This document shows positions 27,211 to 38,304 of a stretch of DNA of 62,137 nt, in pieces. How positions within the stretch are numbered: the first letter of the stretch is position 1; every line of letters begins with the position of its first letter. Made by a program: the position numbers and the translations under genes. The notes under the pieces were generated by a model. The model saw only the letters and a program-made list of their open reading frames with translations. It ran no database searches and was not told the DNA's origin. The stretch is from Sulfurimicrobium sp. (lineage in GTDB: Bacteria > Pseudomonadota > Gammaproteobacteria > Burkholderiales > Sulfuricellaceae), in contig JAUYFW010000015.1 in NCBI GenBank assembly GCA_030690835.1, forward strand, positions 1 to 62,137, given 5' to 3'.

Positions 27211-29286
27211 ATGAAAGCACTTCGCATCCTTGGTATCGCCGTTGGCCTTGTTCTTGCCTTGCTCGCGGCCGGCATCGGCGTGCTGTACGCGCTGTTCGAC
27301 GGCGAAAAGATCAAGGCCGAACTGAGCCGTGCCGTGCTGGAGCAGAAGCAGCGCAAGCTCGACATCGCCGGCAAACTCGAACTCTCGGTATGGCCCAGCG
27401 TCGGCATCAAGCTCGGTCGTCTGACACTGTCGGAACCCGGCGGCAATGCGGAGTTTCTGGCCCTCGAATCGGCGCGCGTGGAGGTGGCCGTGATGCCGCT
27501 GCTGTCGAAGCAGGTGCAGGTGCAGCGGGTCGAGGTCAATGGTCTCAAGGCGGCAGTGGTGAAGAAGAAAGACGGCACGCTGAACATCGCCGACTTGCTG
27601 GGCGGCGACGCCGAAAAGCAGAAGGCCGGTCCCGGCGCCGCGCCGAAGGACGTGCCGCCGGGCGACACGGGAAGCACGCCGCTACGGTTCGATATCGCCG
27701 GCATCAAGGTGGCGAATGCGCAGTTCACCTGGCGCGACGAAAAGAGCGGCAGCACCACGACACTGTCCAATCTCGATCTCGGCACCGGACGCGTGCAGGC
27801 CGATACCGCGAGGCAAACCCTGGAGGTCGACGCCTTGGCCTTCATGGCCAAAGGCAAGAGCGGAGCCGACGCCTTCGAGTTGAAACTCGACGCACCCAAA
27901 CTTGCCATTTCACCGGAGAAAGCCGGCGGCGAATCCCTGAGCCTTGCCGCGACGCTGGCCGGCAGCGGCCGCACTGTCGCGGCCAAGCTCGTGCTGTCGG
28001 GCGTCGAAGGCAATGCCCAAGCCCTGAAGATAGGCAAGCTGGCGCTCGATCTCGATGCCAGGTCGGGCGAGACCGTGGTCAAGGCGCACCTCGATTCACC
28101 GGTGGCGGCGAACCTCGCGGCGCAGACCGTGGCGCTGGAGAAACTGGCTGGCAGCATTGACCTGGCCAACCCGCAGATGCCGATGAAACAAGTCCGGCTG
28201 CCGCTTGCGGGAAATCTGCATGCCGACCTGGCAAAGCACACGGCGACGATCGAACTCGCCACCCAATTCGACGAATCGAAGATTGCGACCAAACTCAGGG
28301 TGGCGAAGTTCGCGCCGTTGGCGCTGGGCTTCGATCTCGACATCGACCAGATCAACGTGGACAAGTATCTGCCGCCGAAGGCGAAGGAGGAAAAGCCGGC
28401 CGCACAGGGCAAACTGGATTTCTCGGCCCTCAAGGGGCTCGACGTGAATGGCGCGATCCGCATCGGATCGTTGCAGGTGTCGAAGCTGAAACTGGCCAGG
28501 CTGAATGCCAAGCTCAGTATTGCCGGCGGGCGTCTTGATGTTGCGCCGCTGACGCTGAATCTCTACGAAGGCTCGGCCAATGGCAGCCTGTCGCTCAACG
28601 CGGCGGGCAACAGCGTCGTCCTCAAGCAGAACCTGGCCGGCATCAGCATCAACCCGCTGATGAAGGACCTTGCCGACAAGGACCTGGTGGAGGGACGCGG
28701 CAGCGTGGCGCTCGACATCACCAGCCATGGCGACAGCGTCACCGCGATGAAGAAGGCGCTGGGCGGCAGCGCTTCCATAAGCCTGAAGAACGGCGCGGTC
28801 AAGGGCATCAACCTGGCGCAAAGCCTGCGCGATCTGAAGGGCACGCTCGGCGCCGCATCCGGCAAACGCGAGGACACGACGCAGCAGGCCAAAGCCGGCG
28901 ACAAGACCGACTTCTCCGAACTTACCGCCTCGCTGAAAATCGCCCACGGCGTCGCCCACAATGAGGATCTGGCCATGAAGTCGCCCTTCCTGCGGCTCTC
29001 TGGCGCCGGCGATATCGACATCGGCGGCGGCCAGATGAACTACCTGGCCAAGGCCAGCGTGGTCGCCAGCAGCGCCGGCCAGGGCGGGCAGGGTCTCGAC
29101 CAGTTGAAGGGACTCACCGTGCCGGTGCGCGTCAGCGGCCCGTTCGAGAATCTCGCCTACAAGATCGAATTCGGCAGCCTGGTTGAGGACGTCGCCAAGG
29201 CCAAGCTTGAAGAGAAGAAGCAGGAGGTCAAGGCCAAAGTCGAGGACAAGATGAAAGACAAGCTCAAGGGCTTGTTCGGCAAATGA
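27211..29286 (+). CDS. AsmA family protein
   Basis: N-terminal TM anchor, long beta-rich body, TDFSELTASLKIAHGVAHNEDLAMKSP C-terminal signature. Confidence 0.92.
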   Translation: MKALRILGIAVGLVLALLAAGIGVLYALFDGEKIKAELSRAVLEQKQRKLDIAGKLELSVWPSVGIKLGRLTLSEPGGNAEFLALESARVEVAVMPLLSKQVQVQRVEVNGLKAAVVKKKDGTLNIADLLGGDAEKQKAGPGAAPKDVPPGDTGSTPLRFDIAGIKVANAQFTWRDEKSGSTTTLSNLDLGTGRVQADTARQTLEVDALAFMAKGKSGADAFELKLDAPKLAISPEKAGGESLSLAATLAGSGRTVAAKLVLSGVEGNAQALKIGKLALDLDARSGETVVKAHLDSPVAANLAAQTVALEKLAGSIDLANPQMPMKQVRLPLAGNLHADLAKHTATIELATQFDESKIATKLRVAKFAPLALGFDLDIDQINVDKYLPPKAKEEKPAAQGKLDFSALKGLDVNGAIRIGSLQVSKLKLARLNAKLSIAGGRLDVAPLTLNLYEGSANGSLSLNAAGNSVVLKQNLAGISINPLMKDLADKDLVEGRGSVALDITSHGDSVTAMKKALGGSASISLKNGAVKGINLAQSLRDLKGTLGAASGKREDTTQQAKAGDKTDFSELTASLKIAHGVAHNEDLAMKSPFLRLSGAGDIDIGGGQMNYLAKASVVASSAGQGGQGLDQLKGLTVPVRVSGPFENLAYKIEFGSLVEDVAKAKLEEKKQEVKAKVEDKMKDKLKGLFGK

Positions 29287-29419
29287 GCGCGGGCAGGATT
29301 TTCAAACCGGCTGACCGGCTACACGTTGCATATCGAGAGGATCTGGCCTGATCGAAGGATTTTGTCAGTAGCCGCTTGTCGCCGAAGATGAGCGGATGGT
29401 CGAAAAAGTCGGCGCTGGT

Positions 29420-29502
29420 GCGCTCTGCGTACCTGGGCTTCCGCTCGCCCGCCGCGAAGTGGAATCCCGGGTGTGTCGAGACCGCGGGCAGGTAACGGTG
29501 GC
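29420..29502 (+). repeat. Family B short repeat (83 bp), intergenic copy
   Basis: GCGCTCTGCGTACCTGGGCTTCCGCT...CGGGCAGGTAACGGTGGC, same ends as 30989-31071; core is the reverse complement of ~1628-1664. Confidence 0.9.
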
Positions 29503-29590
29503 TGGCGTGATACGAGAGCGAGAGAGGCGGGTTCGGTCAGCTGTTTGAGGGAGAGCCGCCGCTGGACAGTTTGCCGTGATCTTCGGCTTG

Positions 29591-29622
29591 TCGGCCTTAT
29601 GTGGAGCGCTACATAAGGCCGA
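29591..29622. repeat. Palindrome with a TTATG-N10-CATAA core
   Basis: TCGGCCTTATGT-GGAGCGCT-ACATAAGGCCGA. Confidence 0.85.
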
Positions 29623-29781
29623 TCAGGCGTCATAGCTCAGTCGTACATGAGTGTCGGCTGTCGGGTGTGAACCAGCCGCCCCGTTTGGTGACTTGCTTGC
29701 TTCGTCAATGTCTTTTCATGCGGTCCTACAGCGCCGCATAAACTGACAGCCTCTGTCAGATCAAGTCGCAATCACTACCGG

Positions 29782-30672
29782 TCATGACCCGTCCTTTCCA
29801 GATTTCTTCGCTGTTTCACCGAACAAACCACCCGCCTCACGCTCATCCAGCTCCAGCTTTGGCGTTGTGCTTTTGATCCGCTTTTCCACTTCCTTGATGT
29901 GCTCCGCGGGTGGAAGCTGCTCGGGCGGCGTGCCGCCGATACGCTTGATCGCGTCGCGCACTTCCTTGCCAACTTGTTCATGGGTCTGGATGGCGTGCGC
30001 CTGATTGCGAATGCCGTCACGCGCCAGCTTGTCCCGCGTTTGCGTCATGCGGAACTGGTTGGCGGCCAGTTCGGTTGCATTCATCCGATCCAGCAGGTTG
30101 TCCTTTTCCGGAATGGCCTTGCGTGCCTTGATGGCCGCACCACCCAAGCCGCCATACAGGCCTTTGTAACCCGCATCGTGGAACACGCCGAACATCCTGC
30201 TTTGTACGCCAGCATCCTGTGCCGCGCCGGATAGAGCCTTGAACTCTTCGCTGGTTTGCTTGCGCAGTTCCAACCGCTCCATGTCGGCGGCGGCCTGGTC
30301 GCCAAGCTCTTGCCGACGGGCCTGGACGGCAAAATATTTCTGGGCGCGGGCGATTTCCGGCTTGCGCGGGTCGCCATTCTGTGCGATCAGGTAACAGGCG
30401 AAGCGGGAAAGATGGTAATCCTCGACTTGCCGCTGGCCGCCCTTGCCGACTTCGATCATTTTGCCGGCGCCGGCAAAATGATGTCCGGCACTGTTTCCCG
30501 AGGTTTCGCAGGAAGTCATGGCGCGCTTGACGGCATCCTCAAACCTTCGCCATTGGCTGTATCCGAGCATGGGCTGCAAGTCGCGCGCACTCCAGTACTC
30601 GGCGCCGTGCTCGTTGCTTTGCTTCAGTTCCTCGAAGGTTCTTGTGCCATGCACCGGCAATTGCTTGTCCAT
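29782..30672 (-). CDS. dinD: DNA damage-inducible protein D (Bro-N domain)
   Basis: EYWSARDLQ, LSRFACYLIAQNGDPRK, GYKGLYGG, ELAANQFR. Confidence 0.9.
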   Translation of the reverse strand: MDKQLPVHGTRTFEELKQSNEHGAEYWSARDLQPMLGYSQWRRFEDAVKRAMTSCETSGNSAGHHFAGAGKMIEVGKGGQRQVEDYHLSRFACYLIAQNGDPRKPEIARAQKYFAVQARRQELGDQAAADMERLELRKQTSEEFKALSGAAQDAGVQSRMFGVFHDAGYKGLYGGLGGAAIKARKAIPEKDNLLDRMNATELAANQFRMTQTRDKLARDGIRNQAHAIQTHEQVGKEVRDAIKRIGGTPPEQLPPAEHIKEVEKRIKSTTPKLELDEREAGGLFGETAKKSGKDGS

Positions 30673-30805
30673 CAAATGACCTCCCATGCCATGGCGAATA
30701 GTACTATGACGATTGTCATGTCACGTTCCTTTGCCGGGCGCTATTGGTTCTCGGACAAATAGCGACGGACGCACGGCGAATCGCTTGAATATACTTCGGC
30801 CAACA

Positions 30806-31912
30806 ATGGACAACAATAAGTTGCGCATCGGCGTGGACCTGGGAGGCAGCAAGATTGAAATCATCGCGCTGGGCGGCGATGGCGGTGTCTTGCTGCGCGA
30901 GCGCGTGGCGACGCCGCAGGGCGACTACATGGCTACCGTCATGGCGGTAGCGGGTCTGGTCGAGGCAGCGGAACAGAAAGTGGGCCGCGCGCTCTGCGTA
31001 CCTGGGCTTCCGCTTTTCCCGCCCGCGAAGCGGAATTCCCGGCAGGCAAGGCCCGGGCAGGTAACGGTGGCAAGTGTAGGCATAGGCATTCCCGGTGCCG
31101 AATCGCTGGTCAGCGGGCTGATCAAGAACGCCAACTCGACCTGCCTGATCGGCCAGCCGCTCAGGCGCGATTTGCAGCAACTGCTGCAGCGCGAAGTACG
31201 CATTGCCAACGATGCCAACTGCTTTGCCCTGTCCGAAGCGGCCGATGGTGCAGGTGCCGGCGCGCAGGTGGTGTTCGGCGTGATACTCGGCACCGGTGTC
31301 GGCGGCGGCATCGTCATCGACGGCAGGGTGCTGACCGGCGCCAATGCCATTGCCGGCGAATGGGGTCACAACCCGATGCCGGGCGAGTGGAATAGCCATC
31401 CCCCCAGCCCCCTTCCCGTGGAAGGGGGTGACGGTTGTTCGCCGCACAGCGGCTCCGGATCGTTTGAAAACGTCGCCTTGGGACGGCCCGGCGGCGACGT
31501 CCGGCCGACCTGTTATTGCGGGCGCAAGGGCTGTATCGAGCTATACCTCTCCGGTCCCGGCCTCGCCGCCGATCATCGCCGCGCAGTTGGCAAACCCGTT
31601 GCCGAAAGCGCGGCTACGGACTTGTCAGCGGCGGAAATCGCGCAGCGTGCCGCGGACGGCGACGCGCTTTGCGAAGCCACCCTGCAACGCTACGAAGCCC
31701 GCCTGGCGCGCGCGCTGGCGCAGGTGATCAACATCCTCGATCCCGACGTCATCGTGCTCGGTGGCGGGCTCTCGAACATGGACCGTCTCTACGAAAACGT
31801 GCCGCGCCTGTGGGCCGCTCATGTCTTTTCCGATCGGGTCGCAACGAAGCTTCTCAAGCATCGGCATGGCGATTCTTCCGGCGTGCGCGGTGCAGCCTGG
31901 CTGTGGCCATGA
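30806..31912 (+). CDS. ROK family sugar kinase (Mak/fructokinase-like) with two in-frame repeat insertions
   Basis: GVDLGGSKIE, ANDANCFA, ILGTGVGGG, GEWGHNP, CYCGRKGCIE, GDSSGVRGAAWL. Confidence 0.93.
   Translation: MDNNKLRIGVDLGGSKIEIIALGGDGGVLLRERVATPQGDYMATVMAVAGLVEAAEQKVGRALCVPGLPLFPPAKRNSRQARPGQVTVASVGIGIPGAESLVSGLIKNANSTCLIGQPLRRDLQQLLQREVRIANDANCFALSEAADGAGAGAQVVFGVILGTGVGGGIVIDGRVLTGANAIAGEWGHNPMPGEWNSHPPSPLPVEGGDGCSPHSGSGSFENVALGRPGGDVRPTCYCGRKGCIELYLSGPGLAADHRRAVGKPVAESAATDLSAAEIAQRAADGDALCEATLQRYEARLARALAQVINILDPDVIVLGGGLSNMDRLYENVPRLWAAHVFSDRVATKLLKHRHGDSSGVRGAAWLWP
30989..31071 (+). repeat. Family B repeat inserted in frame in the ROK gene
   Basis: Ends identical to 29420-29502; encodes ALCVPGLPLFPPAKRNSRQARPGQVTV. 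Confidence 0.88.
31398..31500 (+). repeat. Family A repeat inserted in frame in the ROK gene
   Basis: ATCCCCCCAGCCCCCTTCCCGTGGAAGGGGGTGA...CCTTGGGACGGCCCGG; encodes HPPSPLPVEGGD...ALGRPGG. Confidence 0.85.
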
Positions 31913-32580
31913 ACCCGCGCATCGCAGTGGACGCGCTGTTCGTCGGGCAGGTCGCCCGACTCGCGGGCGACAGCCGCAGCAGCGCGATTGTCAAAACGGC
32001 AGTGAGCGGCCGCTGCCTGCTGACTGTGGAGGGTCTGACAGGAGACACCCAGGCGGACCGCCGGGCGCATGGCGGCAGCGGAAAGGCCCTGCACCAGTAT
32101 CCGGCCGAGCACTATGCGTTGCTGGCGGCGGCCTTCCCGTCGGCGCAACACCTTGCTCCCGGCGGCCTCGGCGAAAACATTTCGACCCACGGTTTGATGG
32201 AGCGTGATGCCTGCATCGGCGACGTGTTTCGCCTCGGCGGCGCCCGCATCCAGATCTCGCAGCCGCGCACGCCCTGCTGGAAGATAGACCACCGCACGGC
32301 CTGCGCGGGCGTGTCGGCGTTCATTGCCGAACATGGCCTGGCCGGCTGGTACTACCGGGTGCTCGAGGCGGGAGAGATCGCGGCAGGCGACTGGCTGGAG
32401 CACATCGAGCGTCCCGCCGACGCCGTATCCCTGGCCGAATTCTGGCGCGTGATCCGCGAGTCGCGGCCGTCGCTCGGGGCGCTGTCCCGGCTGGCTTATG
32501 CCGAAGGACTGGACCCGAACTGGACGGGCAAGCTGACCCAGCGCATCGAATGGCTGCGCAACAACGGGAGCGCCGCATGA
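31909..32580 (+). CDS. MOSC domain protein (YiiM-like)
   Basis: GDTQADRRAHGG, GENIST, SQPRTPCWK, GWYYRVL. Confidence 0.92.
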   Translation: MNPRIAVDALFVGQVARLAGDSRSSAIVKTAVSGRCLLTVEGLTGDTQADRRAHGGSGKALHQYPAEHYALLAAAFPSAQHLAPGGLGENISTHGLMERDACIGDVFRLGGARIQISQPRTPCWKIDHRTACAGVSAFIAEHGLAGWYYRVLEAGEIAAGDWLEHIERPADAVSLAEFWRVIRESRPSLGALSRLAYAEGLDPNWTGKLTQRIEWLRNNGSAA

Positions 32581-33773
32581 ATCTGTGGCTGCGCGTGTTT
32601 TTGCCTTTCGCCGCGGGCTATTACTTCTCCTACTTCCTGCGCAACGTCAATGCCGTGATCGCGCCGGAACTGACGCGCGAGCTGGGCGTCTCGGCCGCCG
32701 ATCTGGGCCTCTTGACCAGCGCCTATCTGCTGGCCTTTGGCGCGGTGCAGCTGCCGCTCGGACTGGCGCTGGACCGCTACGGCCCGCGTCGCGTCGAAGC
32801 TTTCCTGTTGCTGATCGCCGCCGCCGGCTGCGCGCTGTTCGCCACCGGCGCCTCGCTGACGCAACTCGCAATCGCGCGAGCGCTGATCGGACTCGGCGTT
32901 TCGGCCTGCCTGATGGCGTCCTTCAAGTCCTTCAGCCAGTGGTTCGGCGTCGAGCGCCAGGCCTCGCTCAATGCCGCCATCATGGCCGCGGGCGGCCTCG
33001 GCGCGCTGACCGCATCGACGCCGCTGTCCTGGGCGATTCCGCAATTCGGCTGGCGCGCCGTGTTTGTCGCACTCGCCGTGTCCGGCGTGCTCGTCGCCGG
33101 CGGCATTTTCAGCACCCCGGACAAACCCGCCAGCGCCCAGCCAGAGCCGCTGCGCAGCCAGATAGCCGGCCTCGCCGCGATATTGGCCAGCCGCGTCTTC
33201 TGGCGCTATGCGCCACAGTCGACGCTGATCGTCGGCGGCTTCATGGCGCTGCAAGGTCTGTGGGCGGTGCCCTGGCTGATGAACTTTTCAGGCCTTCCGC
33301 GCAGTGCGGCGGCCCACCATCTGCTGCTGATGGGCAGCGGCATGCTGGCCGGCTTTCTCGCCCTCGCTTTCGGTGTGGCACTGCTGGCCAGGCATGGTGC
33401 GCCGCCGCTGCGACTGCTGCAAGTCGGCATGGGGCTGGGGCTGCTCGCCACCCTGCTGATCGTGCTCGGCGCCGAGCCCAGCGAACCGCTGTGGTTCATT
33501 CTGGGTCTGGTCTTCTCGGTCGGCAATCTGACCTACGCGGTGCTGCAGAGCCACTACGCCGCAGCGCTGGCCGGCCGCGCGAACACCGCTCTGAACCTGC
33601 TGGTCTTCGTTGGCGCCTTCGGCATCCAGTGGGGTTTCGGCGCAGCGGTAGATGCCTTGCAGGCCGGCGGATACGCGCCGCGCGCCGCCTACCAGATCAC
33701 TTTCGGCGGGCTGCTGGCGCTGCAGGCGATGAGCTGGCTGTGGTTCCTTGGCGGCGTGCGGAACCGGGAATAG
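32577..33773 (+). CDS. MFS transporter
   Basis: GLALDRYGPRR motif A; about 12 TM segments. Confidence 0.92.
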   Translation: MNLWLRVFLPFAAGYYFSYFLRNVNAVIAPELTRELGVSAADLGLLTSAYLLAFGAVQLPLGLALDRYGPRRVEAFLLLIAAAGCALFATGASLTQLAIARALIGLGVSACLMASFKSFSQWFGVERQASLNAAIMAAGGLGALTASTPLSWAIPQFGWRAVFVALAVSGVLVAGGIFSTPDKPASAQPEPLRSQIAGLAAILASRVFWRYAPQSTLIVGGFMALQGLWAVPWLMNFSGLPRSAAAHHLLLMGSGMLAGFLALAFGVALLARHGAPPLRLLQVGMGLGLLATLLIVLGAEPSEPLWFILGLVFSVGNLTYAVLQSHYAAALAGRANTALNLLVFVGAFGIQWGFGAAVDALQAGGYAPRAAYQITFGGLLALQAMSWLWFLGGVRNRE

Positions 33774-33794
33774 TGCCTCTCAAACGACTTTGGC

Positions 33795-33951
33795 CCGGAT
33801 AGCGGACACCCGGCGTCGGCGGAGCTATTTTCTCGATCTTGACGAGGTGAGTCCAGTCGTCGCCGAAGTCGTAGGTGTAGGTAAAGCGGCTGCCTGCGGC
33901 CGTCACTTCGGCCAGACGAAACTAGCGTTGGTCGAGATCATCCATTTCCAT
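33795..33951 (-). pseudogene. Fragment of a pRiA4b ORF-3 family gene
   Basis: MEMDDLDQR*FRLAEV...FTYTYDFGDDWTH...YP: family motif with an in-frame stop; both ends missing. Confidence 0.7.
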
Positions 33952-34014
33952 GTCGAATGGGCCGGGCATGGGTTGGCCGTCGCGGGTTTTCTGGTGACCA
34001 TGGGAAGTCCTTTG

Positions 34015-34605
34015 TCAGTCGATCGCCGGCAGGCGCGCAACCAGGGTGTCCCACTGGATCGTCACGCCCGGCAGCACGGCGACGTTGGTTTCGCCCTTCA
34101 GTTCCTGCACATCCGGCTTGCCGAATTCCCGATCTTCGAGGCGGTAGACAGTCAGCACGCGGTCGGTCGGATGGATGAGCCAGTATTCGCGCACGCCGGC
34201 CTGTTCGTAGATGCGCCGCTTCAGCACCATGTCGTGGCCGGCGGTGGACGGCGACAGTACCTCGACGACCATATCCGGCGCGCCGCGCACGCGCTTTTCG
34301 CCGATCTTGCCCGGATCGCAGACCACCAGCACATCGGGTTGCACCACGGTATTCGCCTGCTCGTCCGTCTCATCGGCCTGAGGCAGCACGACGTCGACCG
34401 GCGCGATCAGCACGCGGCAGGGGGAGTCTCCAAGCTTGTTGTACAACTGGACGAAAATGGCTCCGGCAATATCCTGATGTCGCGGGGTCGGTGCCGGCGC
34501 CATCAGATAGGCGAAGCCGTCGATCAACTCGTAGCGCGCGTCCTCCGGCCACGTCAGGTAGTCGCCGTAGGTGTGACAAGCAGTGTCGCGTAGTGCCAGG
34601 CCCAT
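34015..34605 (-). CDS. Uma2 (DUF820) family endonuclease
   Basis: YELIDG, QPDVLVVCD, PDMVVEVLSPST, YEQAGVREYW. Confidence 0.93.
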   Translation of the reverse strand: MGLALRDTACHTYGDYLTWPEDARYELIDGFAYLMAPAPTPRHQDIAGAIFVQLYNKLGDSPCRVLIAPVDVVLPQADETDEQANTVVQPDVLVVCDPGKIGEKRVRGAPDMVVEVLSPSTAGHDMVLKRRIYEQAGVREYWLIHPTDRVLTVYRLEDREFGKPDVQELKGETNVAVLPGVTIQWDTLVARLPAID

Positions 34606-34702
34606 GGCCGATCTCCTTTTGCCGCATCAATCTTACGTCAAACGAAGTTTCAGGGGAGGCTGCTAACGCCGGCTCTATCGGCGTTAAGCGCAGCGGCCGA
34701 AA

Positions 34703-36685
<1,983 letters not shown>

Positions 36686-36767
36686 ACCGGGTCAGATGCT
36701 TGCCGGCCAATGCTCGAAAAAATCTTGGCATAAGCCCTCAAGCTGTTGCTGCAAAAGAGAAAAAGGC

Positions 36768-36966
36768 TTACCCACAAATTCTGTGGATAACTTTGTGAGT
36801 AAGCACCGTGGAAAATGCCTAAGTGACCGTCCGGCAAGGTGATTTTCATCTCTGTGCAATATTTGAACAAAATAATATTGTTCAATAACAATTAGTTACG
36901 CACGTGCGACAGGAAGGTCTCCGTCCAGGCCCGGACTTGCGGTGCTTTACCGGTTTCTGTGAATAA
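36768..36966. promoter_or_regulatory. DnaA-box cluster with AT-rich segment and IHF-like site between hemE and priA
   Basis: TTACCCACA 36768, TGTGGATAA 36782, TGTGAGTAA 36794, CGTGGAAAA 36807, TGTGAATAA 36958; TAACAATTAGTTA 36886. Confidence 0.7.
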
Positions 36967-37069
36967 GTCAACAGCAGGAGGCTTTTTTTTGCCCCCTTGG
37001 CAAGCCTTGCCAGATGGCCTTTTCCGCGGGGACAAGCGGGCCAAACCGCACCCCCGCTGGCTTGACAAA

Positions 37070-38167
37070 TCAGCCTCGTGCAAAACCGCGCCGGCTGTGG
37101 CTGTGCACGGTGTCAACCAAAACTTTGACGTTTTCAGGTGGGGTAAATTGGGAAATTCCGTGCCCAAGATTGAAGACATGTCCGCCCGAATTTTCGCCGC
37201 CGGCATCGGCGCCGAAACTGTCGAGCACGCGCCGCGCTTCGGCCGCCACTTTGTCCGGCGACGCGAACAAGGCCATCGGATCAAGATTGCCTTGCAACGC
37301 AACACGAGCGCCGACACGCCGGCGCGCCTCGCCCAGATCGGTGGTCCAGTCGAGGCCCACCGCATCGCAACCGATGTCGGCAATCGCCTCCAGCCATTGG
37401 CCGCCGCCCTTGGTGAACACGATGCAGGGAACGCGCTGGCCATCATGGCTGCGCTTCAGGCCGGCCATGATGCGCTGCATGTAGGCCAGCGAGAACTCGC
37501 GATAGGCGGCGTGCGACAGCGCACCGCCCCAGGAGTCGAAGATCATCACCGCCTGCGCGCCGGACTCGATCTGCGCATTGAGGTAGTCCGTCACCGCTTT
37601 GGCCGTCACCGTCAGAATGTGATGCAGCAGATCGGGGCGATCGTAGAGCATGGTCTTGACCGTGCGGTAATCGGAGGACGAACCGCCTTCGACCATATAA
37701 CAGGCCAGGGTCCATGGGCTGCCGGCAAAGCCGATCAGCGGCACCGAACCGCCCAGCGCGCGACGAATCTCGGCCACCGCATCCATCACATAACGCAGGT
37801 GTACATTGGGATCGGGGGCCGTCAGATCGCGAATCACCCATTCCTCGCGCAAGGGACGCTCGAACTTCGGCCCCTCGCCGTCGGCGAAATATAGGCCGAG
37901 ACCCATCGCATCGGGCACGGTGAGAATGTCGGAGAACAGGATGGCCGCATCGAGTTCAAAACGCGCCAGCGGTTGCAGCGTGACTTCGCAGGCGAGCTGC
38001 GGGTTCTTGCACAGATTGAGAAAGCTGCCGGCGCGGCGGCGTGTCTCGTTGTATTCGGGCAGGTAGCGCCCGGCCTGGCGCATCAGCCACACGGGGGTGT
38101 AGTCGACGGGTTCGCGCAGCAGCGCACGCAGAAAAGTATCGTTCTTGGGTCGGGCCGAGGGTGACAT
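37070..38167 (-). CDS. hemE: Uroporphyrinogen decarboxylase
   Basis: [32 protein letters not shown]. Confidence 0.98.
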   Translation of the reverse strand: MSPSARPKNDTFLRALLREPVDYTPVWLMRQAGRYLPEYNETRRRAGSFLNLCKNPQLACEVTLQPLARFELDAAILFSDILTVPDAMGLGLYFADGEGPKFERPLREEWVIRDLTAPDPNVHLRYVMDAVAEIRRALGGSVPLIGFAGSPWTLACYMVEGGSSSDYRTVKTMLYDRPDLLHHILTVTAKAVTDYLNAQIESGAQAVMIFDSWGGALSHAAYREFSLAYMQRIMAGLKRSHDGQRVPCIVFTKGGGQWLEAIADIGCDAVGLDWTTDLGEARRRVGARVALQGNLDPMALFASPDKVAAEARRVLDSFGADAGGENSGGHVFNLGHGISQFTPPENVKVLVDTVHSHSRRGFARG

Positions 38168-38231
38168 GAAGTGCGATCCAGCGAGGCAAAGGCAGGATTA
38201 TCGCATTTCAGAAGACGGAGGACTGATGAGC

Positions 38232-38291
38232 CGTGAAACGTGAAATCCGCATCACGTTTCACATTTCACGTTTCACATTTCACGTTTCACG
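38232..38291. repeat. Heptamer (TTTCACR) tandem/inverted repeat
   Basis: GTGAAAC-GTGAAAT followed by about five TTTCAC(A/G) units. Confidence 0.85.
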
Positions 38292-38304
38292 GCTTTTCTG
38301 AAGG

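Noticed and set aside
30673-30805. SOS (LexA) box upstream of dinD
   Set aside because: No CTGT-N8-ACAG found; only a short ATAGTACTAT palindrome
38232-38291. Heptamer repeat as a parS array or CRISPR
   Set aside because: No 16-bp parS palindrome, no unique spacers and no cas genes
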